Source: Podarcis liolepis (taxonomy: Eukaryota). From it: 64,000 nt of DNA. Made by a program: the position numbers and the translations under genes. The notes under the pieces were generated by a model. The model worked only from the letters and a program-made list of their open reading frames with translations. It did not search any database and had not been told where the DNA came from. The number at the start of each line of letters is the position of its first letter. Position 1 is the stretch's first letter. Positions 1 through 13,435 of this stretch are shown piece after piece. Location: the NCBI GenBank assembly GCA_965112155.1, contig OZ218099.1, one strand, 5' to 3'.

Positions 1-1102
1 ACTGTCCCTGGAAACTGGGGACGTCTGGTAACCCTAGCCTAGAGAGGTGTCATAATGGTGGTCAAATTAAAAATAACCTCAGAATCAAGGCACACTGCCA
101 CAATGGGAATAATTCAGAAAGCAAAGTTTCTAGGTTACCTGAATCTGGAATTTGCTGGTTTTTAATTTTAGAATATTCAAGCACATGGCTTGGTGGCCAC
201 AAATGGTTTCTTGACAGTCTCTCCTACCCGCTTTTAAACAGAAAGTATGCTAGCAGTTATGACGCTCCAAAATGCCAGCAATATTTAAAAGAGCTACAAA
301 GAAAACTTTGTTTCAGGGCTGTTTATACTACCCTCCACACAACCAGCTGCAAACATTGTCAAGGACAGGTACACACTCAAGCAGAAAAATATTGTGCTTC
401 ACACTTCATGATCTTCATGTGAGGGCAACAAACAAGTGGCTGAAAATGCATTGAACTCCTTGCAGCATGAAGCAGCTCTTATGTTGCTTGGGCAATAGTA
501 TTCCTCTGGGAAAGGGTTTTATCAAACAAAGTTGACCCAGAATTTAAGCAAAAACTTCTGCATGCACAACAGAATTTCCCTCCCTCTCTTTGCAAGCTCC
601 CAAGGCTCCTAAATATGCTCTGGAGAGTTGGGAGAACCCTCAAAACATGGAGGAGGAGGAGGGAAAAGTTCTGTTGTGCAAGCAGAAGTTCTTGCATGAA
701 CAGTATGACTTGGTTGGATACAATCCAAAATATTTGGGGCCCAAGCTCATCAAAGCGCTGCTTCAAAATGTTCCTTCTTGCCACCACAGCTTCCAATAGT
801 GCCCATTTATGTACATCCTAAAGTTCATCTATAGCATAGTGAAGACACATCACTAATAAAGAAAAGCAATTGGCCAAGCTTTCCACTCTTGTTGGAATCT
901 TCACTGTAGAATGAAAATGCACAATATTGATGGGAAAACATTCACCAAGGTCCATTTGCATTCTTTTTTCATATCTGAAGGAAAAAACTCCAAGCTATAA
1001 ATGACCCCATGTATGTATGTTTTTGAATAGGCTATAACTAAATGGAAGTCCAAATGCTCCCAGCAGTTTAAAAACTAATATTACCCCCCCCACCTTTGAA
1101 CA

Positions 1103-1302
1103 NNNNNNNNNNNNNNNNNNNNNNNNNNNNNNNNNNNNNNNNNNNNNNNNNNNNNNNNNNNNNNNNNNNNNNNNNNNNNNNNNNNNNNNNNNNNNNNNNN
1201 NNNNNNNNNNNNNNNNNNNNNNNNNNNNNNNNNNNNNNNNNNNNNNNNNNNNNNNNNNNNNNNNNNNNNNNNNNNNNNNNNNNNNNNNNNNNNNNNNNNN
1301 NN
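1103..1302. other. Assembly gap (200 N)
   Basis: Run of N; the round size suggests a placeholder of unknown length. Confidence 0.99.
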
Positions 1303-1958
1303 TCCCCCAACCCTGCTTGCAGAAGAACAGCTCCTCCAAAAACCCATACTGTAGTGGCAAAAAAACCTACTGGCAAGTCAAAGGATATGTAATGTTTCTA
1401 ACTGGTGTTGAGGGCGAAGGGTATATCTTAAGCTTACAGACTCCTTAATGAAAAGATCTCTGCCAGAGATGATAGGAAAATGTTGGTCTGCCAGGATTAC
1501 TGTCTGGTCACTTGGCCAGATTGCACCATTGTTCTGACTTAGCATATGGGGAAATCCAGAACTTTTGCTCAGGACATAAAGGGGAACAATCTCCCTCTAA
1601 AGTGGGATAGAAAAAGACAGGGCAGGAGAGGCTAGGCACTCTGCACCTGCGGAAAAATAGAGGATTGCCCTCCCAAATTTCCTTCGTGGAGACTGAACAT
1701 GCACATTTCCTTCATAACACCAAATATCACCTGCAGCAGAGACAAGCACATAGGGCTTAACCAACATAATCCCTTTGGAAGTGCTTAAGTGAAACCCAGT
1801 CAACAGACCAGGAAAGCTCTGGGGAGAATGTCAGGGTTTCATCCCCTCCCAAGCACCTTCAAGCAGCTGTCTCAGCTTTCATGGAGTCTTCCTGCCCCTG
1901 GTTCTTTCACCAGGGGCAGGAAGGGGCAAGCAAAGCTGTATGTAGCCTCTGGCATATT

Positions 1959-2170
1959 GGGTTGTATCCAGCGAAGTCTTCCCTTAGCACAAAGACTTTT
2001 GTCTGCACAACACAACACAACTCTCTCTTCTCTTCCTCCCCCTGCACAATCTGTTCTGGGGTTTCTTTCCCAAACCCCATGGAGCAGATTTGGGGTGAGG
2101 CGGTAGGGAAGTCTTCTTGCACAGGCAAAGGTTCTTGCACTAACAGGACAACTTTGTTGGGCGCAACCCA
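1959..2170. repeat. Old fold-back (MITE-like) element
   Basis: GGGTTGTATCCA...TGGGCGCAACCC ends, internal TGTTCTGGGG...GGAGCAGA hairpin; degenerate relatives near 530-726, 18750-18870, 27440-27510, 42230-42410. Confidence 0.55.
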
Positions 2171-2225
2171 ATGTCTCTTAGCCCAGCTCCTTCTTCCCTA
2201 ACCCTAATCTTCATTCAGCACAAAT

Positions 2226-2385
2226 GCGTTAGCTCAGTTGGTTAGAGTATGGTGCTGATAATGCCACAGTTGCATATTTGATCTCCGTCCAGGACACCTG
2301 CGTATTCTTGCACTGCAGAGGGTTGAACTAGATGATCCTCAGGGTCCCTTCCAACTCTTTGATTATATGATATGATTCTATGATT
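2226..2385 (+). mobile_element. Short SINE, tRNA-Ile-like head plus CR1-type 3' tail
   Basis: TTAGCTCAGTTGGTTAGAG..TGGTGCTGATAATGCCA head; GGTCCCTTCCAACTC...ATTCTATG tail. Confidence 0.78.
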
Positions 2386-5096
2386 ATTTAATTAGGTGTT
2401 CCCAGAGGCCATCAGATACCCACTCCTGCTTAAAGCAGCCTTTGAGGTGATAAGATATTACCTGTTTACAGAAAAGCCAACCAACAGTCGCTGTCCACAA
2501 ATTCAATTTAAGACTATTTAGAACACTGACTTTCATAGGAATAAGACGTACTGAAAAATCCAAAGTTATTTTGTCTTTTTGAGGAGACACGCTGAGAAAA
2601 GCGTAGGAGTTCAAGTGTTTCCACATATTTTAAGTCCAAGAGCCGCTGCAAGTTCTCTCATTCCTTATCATTGGCTTCTTTACAGAATAGCTGTAGATTT
2701 TTTACTGGGAGCTAATAAAGAATTTAGTAGCCTGCAGAAAAGCAAATCACTTTAATATACAGGCAGATAAAGGGAAGGGAGCTCCCTCAATGCTCACCCA
2801 GGCTGCATGGAAAGAGGTCTAATAAAAATAGAGAAGAAACTTCATGCACAATCAAGAGTTACACAATGAGCTTGTAACAAGTGTTGGTTTCGGGAGCTCT
2901 GCACTGGGGAGTTTGTGCTAGCTGCAAGTCTCCATCTGTGATCCTCCCCTTAGTGCACATGTAATATGAAACTTCACATCTCCAGGACGACCAACAACAA
3001 AAAAAAGAGAGGGTGAAAGAGAAAGCGCAGGCACGGAGCAGCTGGCTGTCAGCAGCAGCAGGGAAAAGAGGAGTTGAGGGAGGAAAGAGATAGGAAGCAG
3101 AGAGGGTGAAAAAATGTGGGGGGGAGGAGAGCTGACATGAAATGACAACAGAAAGAAAAACACGAAGGACAAAGGGACGGCTGGTTCTGCCACACTACTT
3201 GGGTAAGGCTGACTTTTACCTTTTCTCCTACTCGCTACAGCACCTTGGTACGGGATAATTGGTTCGTTCAACTTAAGCCTGTGCCAAGATTCCATAGTAA
3301 ATGTTGCAACGTGGGATGTCAGAGGAAAGTGCGTGAGGAGGACGGGTCGGGTGGGAGAACGTGAGGCAGGGAGACAGAACGGTTTGTAAGCAGAGTTTCT
3401 GAAGTTGCACTGCATTAAGGAGAATGTCAACAGATTAAGTTCTTTCATGTTCACTTGGATTCTGCTCCCCTCTGAATCGGGCACAAACACGGTTAGAAAC
3501 AACAACCTGAAAAGTAGAATTCTAGCAATTTTTTTTTAACTTGTGCAAATATGACAGCCAGTTGCAGAATTAATTCCACACAATTTTAGAATGCATACGA
3601 TCCTAGTTGGTTTGGAATGTGTGTGTTCACTTTAAACAAAATTCCAACAGCTAAATTGCAGATTAGCCATGGGACGATTTAGGCTATCTTCCCAGGAACC
3701 GAACATCGTCCCAACACCGGGCCTGGCATTTTCCGACTGTCAGCTACATCCTGAAGGAATTCTACTTAAGATGCCAAATTATGTGACATTCACTCAATTT
3801 TGTAGCACATTTACCCCAGACAGTTAAAGCCTTTCCTTGAGCAACAGAGCTCTGCTGCTGCTGCTGCACACAAATAAGAGTTTGTCTCAAGATTCTGGAC
3901 TTCGTGCCAATTAGGAACCATTAAACATTTGTATGCTGGCAATTGGCTCTCCAGCAGAGTTAGAAAGCAACAGCTGCAGAAATAAGGCTCAGGTTTTAAT
4001 GGAGTATGTTATCAAAGAATTCTGTGTTGATCATATGCATTTTTATTTTTAACCAATTACTAGCAGTGCTGCAGTCATTGGTTTTGGTTCAGAGTACTAT
4101 TTTAACAGAACATGATGTTCTTCCAAGCACAGCATGCTCTAACCATTAGGAAATGCTGGCCAGAGTAGAGCACTAAAGCTTTCATTGAAATCGGTTTATT
4201 ATAAGCAGAAATGAGCCATTTAATGGAGACAGAAAATGAGGAACAAACCAGGTGCCCACTCTGTGCCTTTTCTCTATGCTGATAACACTACCAAGCCATA
4301 TCATCAAGAGCTTGTTCACCTGAACCTCTTCTAAAGTGAAATATATTAACATCAGTTATGCAAGTCTTTATGCAAGAGGCTTAATGGAAACAAACCACAT
4401 GTTAAGTATTGCAAAACTAGGAAACCAGTGGGGGAGCTTTTCAGTCTCTTTGAACATTCTATAACATACATTAATGTCACCAAACTCCACCCAAGTAGAT
4501 TCAAAAGAAGACTCCAGTGTGAAGCTGCTGAGCTGGAATCTGCACATTTTACACTGTGACATTTGGTCTGAGCAAGCCCTGGGAACGGATACCTTACTAC
4601 AGAAAACAGTTGTCCCTCCCTGGTTTTTTTTTTACTTTTCAGAACTCAACTTGTTATACCTGTTCACTAGCAGCAGCCTGTATTTGGGAGTGGGGCACAC
4701 TCATACCGACTGGCTTCCCTTAATGTAATAAAAATTATAATAAGAGAAGTGCTCTTGCTTTCTTTGTTGAGGGATATTCACATAGACTTTATGGATACCT
4801 ATTGGGCCTTGGCCCCTGTGTGCTTATACTACACAATGCTTTCGTTACTCTTCAAAGTGACATAAGACTCTTCATTGTTTCTACTGCAACTAACTCTGAC
4901 TTATTACAGAGGCTCAACAAGGAGATCTTGCTAAGCAGCTTTAGGCAGGGATAGTGAGAAGATGAGAGGGATCCTGTTCCAAAACAGAGGTTCCTGGTGG
5001 TTGTTGTTTTATTTAAAAACAACAACCCCAAAGCATTTGTTAATGGGACACATGAACCCAACCAATACCTTGTGCTACTCTGTCTCTAAGTAAGTA

Positions 5097-5329
5097 CAGT
5101 GGTACCTCAGGTGAAGTACTTAATTCGTTCCGGAGGTCCGTTCTTAACCTGAAACTGTTCTTAACCTGAAGCACCACTTTAGCTAATGGGGCCTCCTGCT
5201 GCTGCTGCACCGCCGGAGCACAATTTCTGTTCTCATCCTGAGGTAAAGTTCTTAACCCGAGGTACTACTTCTGAGTCTGTAACCTGAAGTGTCTGTAACC
5301 TGAAGCGTATGTAACCCGAGGTACCACTG
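5097..5329. mobile_element. Tigger/pogo-like MITE
   Basis: TA|CAGTGGTACCTC...GAGGTACCACTG|TA. Confidence 0.88.
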
Positions 5330-5395
5330 TACACACTCACCCATTGAAGATTAACTCTCATATTACTTGCCATACTGAGCTCTTGTTGAGGAATA

Positions 5396-5544
5396 CCATA
5401 TTTTTCTGTGTATAAGACGCCCCCTACTTTCGGGGACTCCAAATTCATAAAATGGCATATGCACTATCTGTGTATAAGACGCCCCCAGATTTTTAACCTT
5501 ATTTTAAAGTAAAAAAGCCTAGTCTTATACACAGAAAAGTACGG
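5396..5544. mobile_element. Tc2-like MITE
   Basis: TA|CCATATTTTTCTGTGTATAAGAC...GTCTTATACACAGAAAAGTACGG|TA. Confidence 0.8.
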
Positions 5545-6732
5545 TATGTTGCAATGAAAAGTAATCCACAGCTATGGCAAAGGACTAGATCTATTAAATC
5601 TGAAGCCCACTTTTGAGAGGTGCTTTAAAGCAATTTTCAAGTCTACCTAACTATGTGTGTGCGTGTGTGTGCGTGTGCAATTCAGCCAATTCAGCCTAAT
5701 TACTTCCATAATGGTTCTGCAGCCATTTTTGGATTGGTACCCCAGTAGTCTATTGTTTTTTGCCTGCAAACTCATGAAAAGCAGAAACAGCCCCAAGCCA
5801 ATTTTGCCTATAAAATAAATTTCTTTCTATCACTCCCCACTTCATGCAATGTGCCTTCATGGAAATCTGCAAATTCACTTTGGATCTTGCTAACTTGCAA
5901 GAGCTTGCATATTCTGACAAACTGGTTGTGTAAAGAAATTAGAATATTTATATGGAAGGCCGCAATAATTGAACACACCACCCTTCTTCCTGGCAGAAAC
6001 CTGAATTCCAAAGTTCCTCTTATAACACAACTTCCACCCCTTTTTGAGGTATCGGCAGCTTCTGTTATTTGAAGATGGAAGAAAAAGTTAAATAAAAAGG
6101 CAAAAAAGCAAGCAGAGGAGTACAGGAGAAAAACAGACCAATGTTTTCTGGAAAAAGAAAAAAAATGCTGAAGGGTTTGGCAGGAGCCTTATGCTGCAGC
6201 TATGGGGAAACATGCAATTTGAAACACATGTCTAGGAATAAGAAGGCAGAGCCCTGGCTTGTGTTACCAGCTGTCATACGCTAAAGAGGCCTCTCAGTCT
6301 CCATAAAGCACAACTGCCCAAGAGCGTTTGCCAGAGACTCTACACAGTATGCAGCGAATTTGTGTACTAGCCACTCACATCAGGAAACACTGACTGTGTG
6401 GTATTCTGGAGAAACTGTAACAGACAGCTCCAAGTCAAAATTTTGTTTTTAACTTGGTCCTATTTGTTTCCCCACACAGTTCTGGTGGATTTTTGTGCTA
6501 TTCACAAACGACTTATTGGCAGGCAAGTTCGATTAAATGACCTGTTTCAACCTATTTGTTTGTCCTTGCATTTCCAGCTCAATTTTGCTGGCCACCATCA
6601 GTTTCAGTAAGTAGGTGAGGTGGTACAGGTCATATTAGAAAGGCAGATTACGTGGGAACCACTGTGTCTTTATGCAAGTTGTTAAAAAACATATCCAGTG
6701 TGTGCACAGTCTTTGATAAAGCAAGTTTTGCA

Positions 6733-6971
6733 CAGTGGTACCTCGGATTACATACGCTTCAGGTTACATACGCTTCAGGTTACAGACTCCGCTAACCCAG
6801 AAATAATACCTCGGGTTAAGAACTTTGCTTCAGGATGAGAACAGAAATCGCACGGCGACGCAGCCGCAGCGGGAGGCCCCATTAGCTAAAGTGGTGCTTC
6901 AGGTTAAGAACAGTTTCAGGTTAAGAACAGACCTCCGGAATGAATTAAGTACGTAACCAGAAATACCACTG
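6733..6971. mobile_element. Tigger/pogo-like MITE, same family as 5097-5329, inverted
   Basis: CAGTGGTACCTCGG...TACCACTG|TA; body is the reverse complement of the 5097 copy. Confidence 0.88.
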
Positions 6972-9900
6972 TATTGCACCCTGAAAATGCTGTTGGAGGC
7001 CTCACGGAGGCACATTTGGAAGAACATGCCGCTAATGAAATAATCTGCACATGAATACAACTGGAAATTTTTCCTCCAAAAACTGACTATATAAACATAG
7101 TACCAAAACATCTTGCTTCCCCAAGCATCATGTAAAAAACAACATTCTCCTTTGTTTCTGTTAGGCCTCTGTAAGACCTAAATATTCATTATTTTTATTG
7201 TATATAAAGTTGGAATAAACTGGTGGTTTAGAGGAAGGAACATCTGCCTTTGGGGAAAAGAAATTACTGGAATTATCCAACTTGGATCACTCCATGATCA
7301 TCGTTTGAGAGGTTTGTTTCTCTGCAACGATTAATGCTAATTCCTTTCAACAGAGTCCCATTTCACAGGACACATACATGCCAGGTCACAAAACCAAAGA
7401 CAAACCTTCAAAGAGATGTACAGAGTGCCACACTAGCTTTAATGACTTCCAACCGTCAATGCTTGCAGAGCAAACATCTGCTTAATTTGAAGGTAAACCA
7501 TGGCTCTCTGCCACGTGGATGAGGTTTGAAAGCCAAATAACCAACTATTTTCTCAAAGTACAGAGAAATGATAGACTGGTGTTCCAGTTCTAAATCTGGA
7601 AGCTCTATTATGGTTTACAGATGGATGTTCTACATGTCCCATCAAAAGGTGTAGTTAAAAGTGCAATAAGAAACGCTTTACAGATCTCCTATATCACAAA
7701 TGCCTTTGGTCACCATTCTTTACATTTTATGGATTGGGGCTCTTCTCCACAGCTTCATGGGTAAACTGTGGATATTTATATCCCGTTCACTTGGGGCCAG
7801 AATCAACATTTTCTCCAGTGAATCATAGCTGTGGTATTTTAACAGACACTGTGAACAGTGACTGAATATTAGTTGGTAGTCTTGGTACATCAGTCTGGGG
7901 ATAGAAAGAGTGTTCAGCAACATAATATTCTCATTAGTGTGTTTCCAACATACTTGTTTGCCTGCAAGAAAGTCTGGTTTTGCACAGAACCGTCAAACCA
8001 ACAATTACTTCCAGTATTCAACCTCCACTAAGAGACAGACCCAAGTCATAAATACCATTTAGTCTCATTTGTCAAGCCTGAAAGCACAAAGCTGAATTAT
8101 TAATTTTCAGAGAAGTGGCCGTGTTTGTCTGTTGCAGCAAAAACAACAGAATCCTGTGGCACCAGGCACCTTAAAGACTAAAAACATATACAATATGACA
8201 GAAGTTCTCAAAGACCAGAGTCTACTTTGTGAGATGAAATGATCTGATCGTCTGATGAAATGGACTCTGGTCCACAAAAGCTTTGCCATAATAAATTTGT
8301 TAGTATTTAATGTGTCTGGTGCCACAAACTGAATTTATTTGGCATGTAACTAGTCTGCTTTGCTAACTCCTCACCGTAGGCTTACCAAAAAAAGCAAACT
8401 ATCTACTCAACTAGCCATTGATTTCCTATGGGCCTGAAAATGATGATATTCAGATGTCACACAAAAAATGGTTGATTGTGAAGGGAATAAGCCTAGTCTC
8501 CCTGCTGATGAATGGGAGTGCCTGCCTCCCCACAGGTACAGCTGTGAGATTAGATGTTCACTTCAGATTTCAATTAACCAGAGTTTAGCATGATGTCTGA
8601 ACTCTAACCTCTGGTTCACTTTGTCAAAGCAAGCCAGTTTCATAAGCCACAGTTTGAACTTTGCGTGTATCCAACAAACCATAGTTAACCACCGTTTGTC
8701 AGGTTCAGACACAATAAGCTGATGTTAACTGCAATCTGAAGCACAAGTGTGTGAGACCACTGGGAGGTTAGGATTGTTCCTGTCTTCATGATAACTCATT
8801 TATTCTTACTAAGTTGGAAAACAGTTACTGAATATCTCGAACATGTAATTTAAAATTCAGTGACTAGATTTCAAAACAACTTCAGGCAGGACCATGTGGA
8901 AATGGAGGCAGAGCAGCTATGAGCCTGACTATTAATGGGCACAAAGACCCAAAGATCCAAAGCAATTCAACAGCTGTCATGTGCCAGTGGTCTCCTGCCA
9001 CAGAACGTATCTGCTGGGGAAAGTGATAAGAATTTCCTTCTGCAGAGCTTTTTCCTTAGAGGAAGGTGTCTGCTATGCAGTCAGGACTCAAAAGGAAGCT
9101 GTCTAACAAAGCATTTAACACCCAAGAATGCCTATATTTAGCCATCTGCAATTCATCACCAGCTGACAGAGCTGCATACAGGAAAGGCAGGTATGCATCC
9201 ACTGCTATACCTAAATGCTGACACTGCTCTGAACTGTAACAAGCTTTCACAAGAGCTCAAGTGTTATATAGCAGGGATGGGGAACATCTGACCCTCCAGA
9301 TGCTGTTGGACCCCAACTCCTATCAGCTCCAGCTAGCAAAGGCAGCTGTAGTCCAGCAATATCTGAAGGCCCACAGGTACCCATCCTTGTGCTATAGGAT
9401 TTGGGTGGGGAGGAGATTATTCAGAGGAACAGCCTGGGCAAGACCATTCTGAACAAGGAAAAGGCAAGAGCTAAACTGGAGAACGCATATGATGAGCAGG
9501 CATTCTCTTAAGTCAAGGGAGATAATGCACAAGCTTTATCCCCCTCCCCCTGCACAGAGTTTTTTGTAGCTCCCAAGATACCCAATATTTACTTATACTA
9601 CTCCTATGGTTCCACCACTGCGATGCCAGCATGCAGAGGTTTTCTGTGGGTCTCCAAGTGGCGCCCCTATTTGTCTCTTCAAACAATATTTTTAAAAAGG
9701 AAGAAAAAAAAAGAAAATGTAAACAGAACTGTGATGCCAAAAGGATTTTGTGTCCATTTGTCCTTTACACTTTTTTGGCAATGCTGCTTTTATATTTGGG
9801 TTAGCTGCTGCTGTATTAAATGATGGGATTTTTACAGGTGAAACTGTTCATTTAGTCAATCTTTATGCAACCTGCTTTATGAATGCTTAGCAACACCTCC

Positions 9901-10449
9901 CATTACTTCTGCTTAGGAAGACACATGAAAATGAAGGCCCTATAGGATTGAGACATGTTTCTAGAACCACCCAAAGGTAAAGTTCATGCAGAACATGCAG
10001 AATTCACAGCTGTTAGAATAATTATGTACTTCAAGCACAAGGCCATCCTCAGTCAGTATGTACAAAATGGTGTGTTGAATTAGTGCCCCGATAGTGGCAA
10101 TTTTCACAATATTCAATAGGCGTTGCATAACAAATCCACATTAAAAAGCAGAAAACCAACAGGAATGTTTTCTGGCCACTACTTTAATCTTAAACATCAG
10201 CAAGTCAGCCAGCAGAGCTTATCTAGTGCCATGCTGTATGGAATGGTAAGATAAATCAGGCAGCTGAACATCAGTGGCTACCCTGCTGTGTTGCATTGCC
10301 TGTTCAAGCTCTTTAATAGCTATCTTGTCCTACAGCTTGAGTCACATTGTTTTCCTTCACTTGCAGAAGGGGAGTTCAGAAAGTCACATGAAGGTAAAGT
10401 TGTTAAATGAAAATATTGAGCTTTTAGTACAAATATCTATTTCCAACTA

Positions 10450-10670
10450 CAGTCATACCCCTTGCTGCGTTTGCTTCACGTTGCAGCTTTTTGGGTTGCA
10501 GACGCAGCAAACCCGGAAATGTATACTTCCAGGTTTCGCCGCACGCGTATGTGCAAAAGCGTTCTATAGCGCTCCACGCGTGTGCAGAGGCGCGGCTCTA
10601 GCTGCAGACTTTTCAGGGTGCGAACGGCACCCCGGAACAGATCATGTCCACAACTAGAGGTACCCACTTG
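10450..10670. mobile_element. Degenerate Tigger-like MITE
   Basis: TA|CAGTCATACC...GAGGTACCCACTTG|TA; internal GCAAACCCGGAA shared with the 54823 copy. Confidence 0.65.
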
Positions 10671-11259
10671 TATTTTGAGATAAGGCATCATTTACCTGCA
10701 GTCATGCAAGCAAACTAAAAAAAACTCCCAAGATTTAAACTCCTTTTCATGGGCCAAATCTCTTTCCTAAGCCAGGCAGTGGCACACCCATGGAATGTTC
10801 AACTTCACACCAAACCCTGAAGGCCTAGCTCTTGCAACAGCACTGCAATGAGGTTTCAAAGCCCAAACCCTGGGTGTATGTTATGTGGCTGCTGACAATA
10901 AGGCCCAGAAGCTCTCAAGGTTTTAAACAGATAAATTAATTAGCTGCTTCAACCAAGAAGAGAAAAGACCATGTATTTCTGCACACTGTTAACATGAGGG
11001 TTGGAAACCCAAAAATCAACATTTAACATTTTTTATTTCTTAATGCTTTGTTTACGCGCATGATAGGCTACGAAAGAATAGAAAGGGGACTGTTCCCACC
11101 CAATTAAATACACATTCTTATTTAATAGCTGCAGTGTTCGAAACCTCTCCAGGAATAAACTCCAGATTAAGGCACACTGTGAAGATAATGCACAGAGTAT
11201 GCCTGAGTTACGTTTAAATGGGAGGAAATTTACTGTATTATCATTCTTAGATGTTAGAC

Positions 11260-11509
11260 CATGGGTAGGCAAACTAAGGCCGGGGGCTGGATGTGGCCCA
11301 ATTGCCTTCTAAATCCGGTCTGCGGATGGTCTGGGAATCAGCATATTTTTACTTGAGTAGAATGTGTGCTTTGATTTAAAATGTATCTCTGGGTTATTTG
11401 TGGGGCACAGGAATTCGTTCATCCCCCCCCAAAAAAATATAGTCTGGCCCCCCATAAGGTCTTAGGGACAGTGGACCGGCCCCCTGCTGAAAAAGTTTTC
11501 TGACCCCTG
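11260..11509. mobile_element. hAT (Charlie-like) MITE
   Basis: CATGGGTAGGCAAACT...AGTTTTCTGACCCCTG; 8-bp TSD TGTTAGAC. Confidence 0.85.
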
Positions 11510-11800
11510 TGTTAGACCTTTTAGAACACATAACAAAGCAGCCGGTGTCCAAGCAGCTCTAGAACAAAAGAAAATGATTCTCAGTGGAATAGAACTGAGA
11601 ATATGGAATGCTACAGAATTATGCACTTCATGTGGAACCCAGGCACTTTCTTCTGAAGGTGAAAGGAGTAGAGACATAAGCCGTTTCTTCTTTGATGGAA
11701 GATCAAAAAAACTTTGCTATAAACTTTAATTATTATGGACAAAATAGTTATGAACAATTATGTGCAGAAGGCTTATTTATTTATTTATTTACTTATTTAC

Positions 11801-11802
<2 letters not shown>

Positions 11803-11836
<34 letters not shown>
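11803..11836. repeat. (AC)n microsatellite preceded by (TTTA)n
   Basis: Direct reading. Confidence 0.95.
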
Positions 11837-11839
<3 letters not shown>

Positions 11840-12075
11840 TAGTCTGCCCTGTGGAAAGATGGGATATACCGTATTTTTCGGACTATTGGACGCACCGGTC
11901 CATAGGACGCACCTAGATTTGGGGGGGGGGGGGAAATAAAGGCAAAAAAAATTTATTCCCCCCCCCCGCCAGGCGCGGGGCTGGGGCGGGGAAGCCCGAG
12001 CTTCCCCCTCCCCCAGAACGGGACCCAGAGCCATGCCGAAGCTGCGCGCAACTTTGGCATCGCTCTGGGAACCTG

Positions 12076-13050
12076 CGGGGCTGGGGGAGGAGGAAGCCTT
12101 CCGCCAGCCTCCAAACCATGTCGGGAGACAGCGGGATGGCGCGCTGCGCCTCTCCCGCTGTCCCCCGAGTTTGCAGGGCTGGCGACGGGGAGGAGCAGGC
12201 TTCTCCCCCCGCCAGCCTTCTAGACAAGTCGGGGGACAGTGGCAAAGGCGCGCTGCGCCTCTCCCGCTGTCCCCCGAGTTTGCGGGGCTGGCGACGGGGA
12301 GGAGCAGGCTTCTCCCCCCGCCAGCCTTCTAGACAAGTCAGGGGAGAGCGGCAAAGGCGCGCTGCGCCTCTCCCGCTGTCCCCCGAGTTTGCGGGGCTGG
12401 CGACGGGGAGGAGCAGGCTTCTCTCCCCGCCAGCCTTCTAGACAAGTCAGGGGACAGCGGCAAAGGCGCGCTGCGCCTCTCCCGCTGTCCCCCGAGTTTG
12501 CGGGGCTGGCGATGGGGAGGAGCAGGCTTCTCCCCCCGCCAGCCTTCTAGACAAGTCGGGGGACAGTGGCAAAGGCGCGCTGCGCCTCTCCCGCTGTCCC
12601 CCGAGTTTGCGGGGCTGGCGACGGGGAGGAGCAGGCTTCTCTCCCCGCCAGCCTTCTAGACAAGTCAGGGGACAGCGGCAAAGGCGCGCTTGCGCCTCTC
12701 CCGCTGTCCCCCGAGTTTGCGGGGCTGGCGACGGAGAGGAGCAGGCTTCTCTCCCCGCCAGCCTTCTAGACAAGTCAGGGGACAGCGGCAAAGGCGCGCT
12801 GCGCCTCTCCCGCTGTCCCCCGAGTTTGCGGGGCTGGCGACGGGGAGGAGCAGGCTTCTCTCCCCGCCAGCCTTCTAGACAAGTCAGGGGACAGCGGCAA
12901 AGGCGCGCTGCGCCTCTCCCGCTGTCCCCCGAGTTTGCGGGGCTGGCGACGGGGAGGAGCAGGCTTCTCCCCCCGCCAGCCTTCTAGACAAGTCGGGGGA
13001 CAGCGGGAAGGGCGCGCTGCGCCTCTCCCGCTGTCCCCCGAGCTTGTGGG
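12076..13050. repeat. 109-bp GC-rich tandem repeat, about 9 copies
   Basis: TAGACAAGTC recurs at 12221, 12330, 12439, 12548, 12657, 12767, 12876, 12985. Confidence 0.95.
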
Positions 13051-13075
13051 GCTGGCGGTGGGGCTCTCCTGAAGC

Positions 13076-13435
13076 CTGGAGGTTGTGGGGCTGGTGGGGG
13101 GGAGAAGCAGGCTTGCTTCTCCCTCCCCCAGCCTCCAGATCAGGTCGGGGAATAGCGGGATGGCGGAGCGCCGCCATCCCGCTTTTCCCCGACCTGATCT
13201 GGAGGTTGTGGGGATGGTGGGGGGGAGAAGCAGGCTTGCTTCTCCCTCCCCCAGCCTCCAGATCAGGTCGGGGAAAAGCGGGATGGCGGAGCGCCGCCAT
13301 CCCGCTTTTCCCCGACCTGATCTGGAGGTTGTGGGGATGGTGGGGGGGAGAAGCAGGCTTGCTTCTCCCCCCGCCAGCCTCCAGATCAGGTCGGGGAATA
13401 GCGGGGTGGCGGCTCTGCGCCTCCCCGCTGTCCCC
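13076..13435. repeat. 123-bp GC-rich tandem repeat, about 3 copies
   Basis: GGTTGTGGGG recurs at 13081, 13204, 13327. Confidence 0.9.

Noticed and set aside
130-240. Next RECQL5 exon at the minus-strand donor CAG|GTAAC near 137
   Set aside because: No frame gives the expected CRH...YFGD zinc-binding sequence; the exon is outside the window or conceivably in the gap
995-1392. ORFs spanning 995-1392
   Set aside because: Artefacts of the N gap
2918-3505. 195-aa minus-strand ORF
   Set aside because: Low-complexity S/L/F/P translation of a purine-rich tract; no recognisable domain
8550-8750. Possible structured ncRNA (loose palindrome; similar at ~47440-47700 and ~58110-58250)
   Set aside because: Recurring degenerate AAACCATAGTT-type fold-backs look like an old MITE family; too decayed to call
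12076-13435. CRISPR-like array or repeat-protein ORFs (up to 362 aa)
   Set aside because: Units are contiguous with no unique spacers, there are no cas genes and the context is eukaryotic. The ORFs are open in many frames because of high GC tandem repeats.
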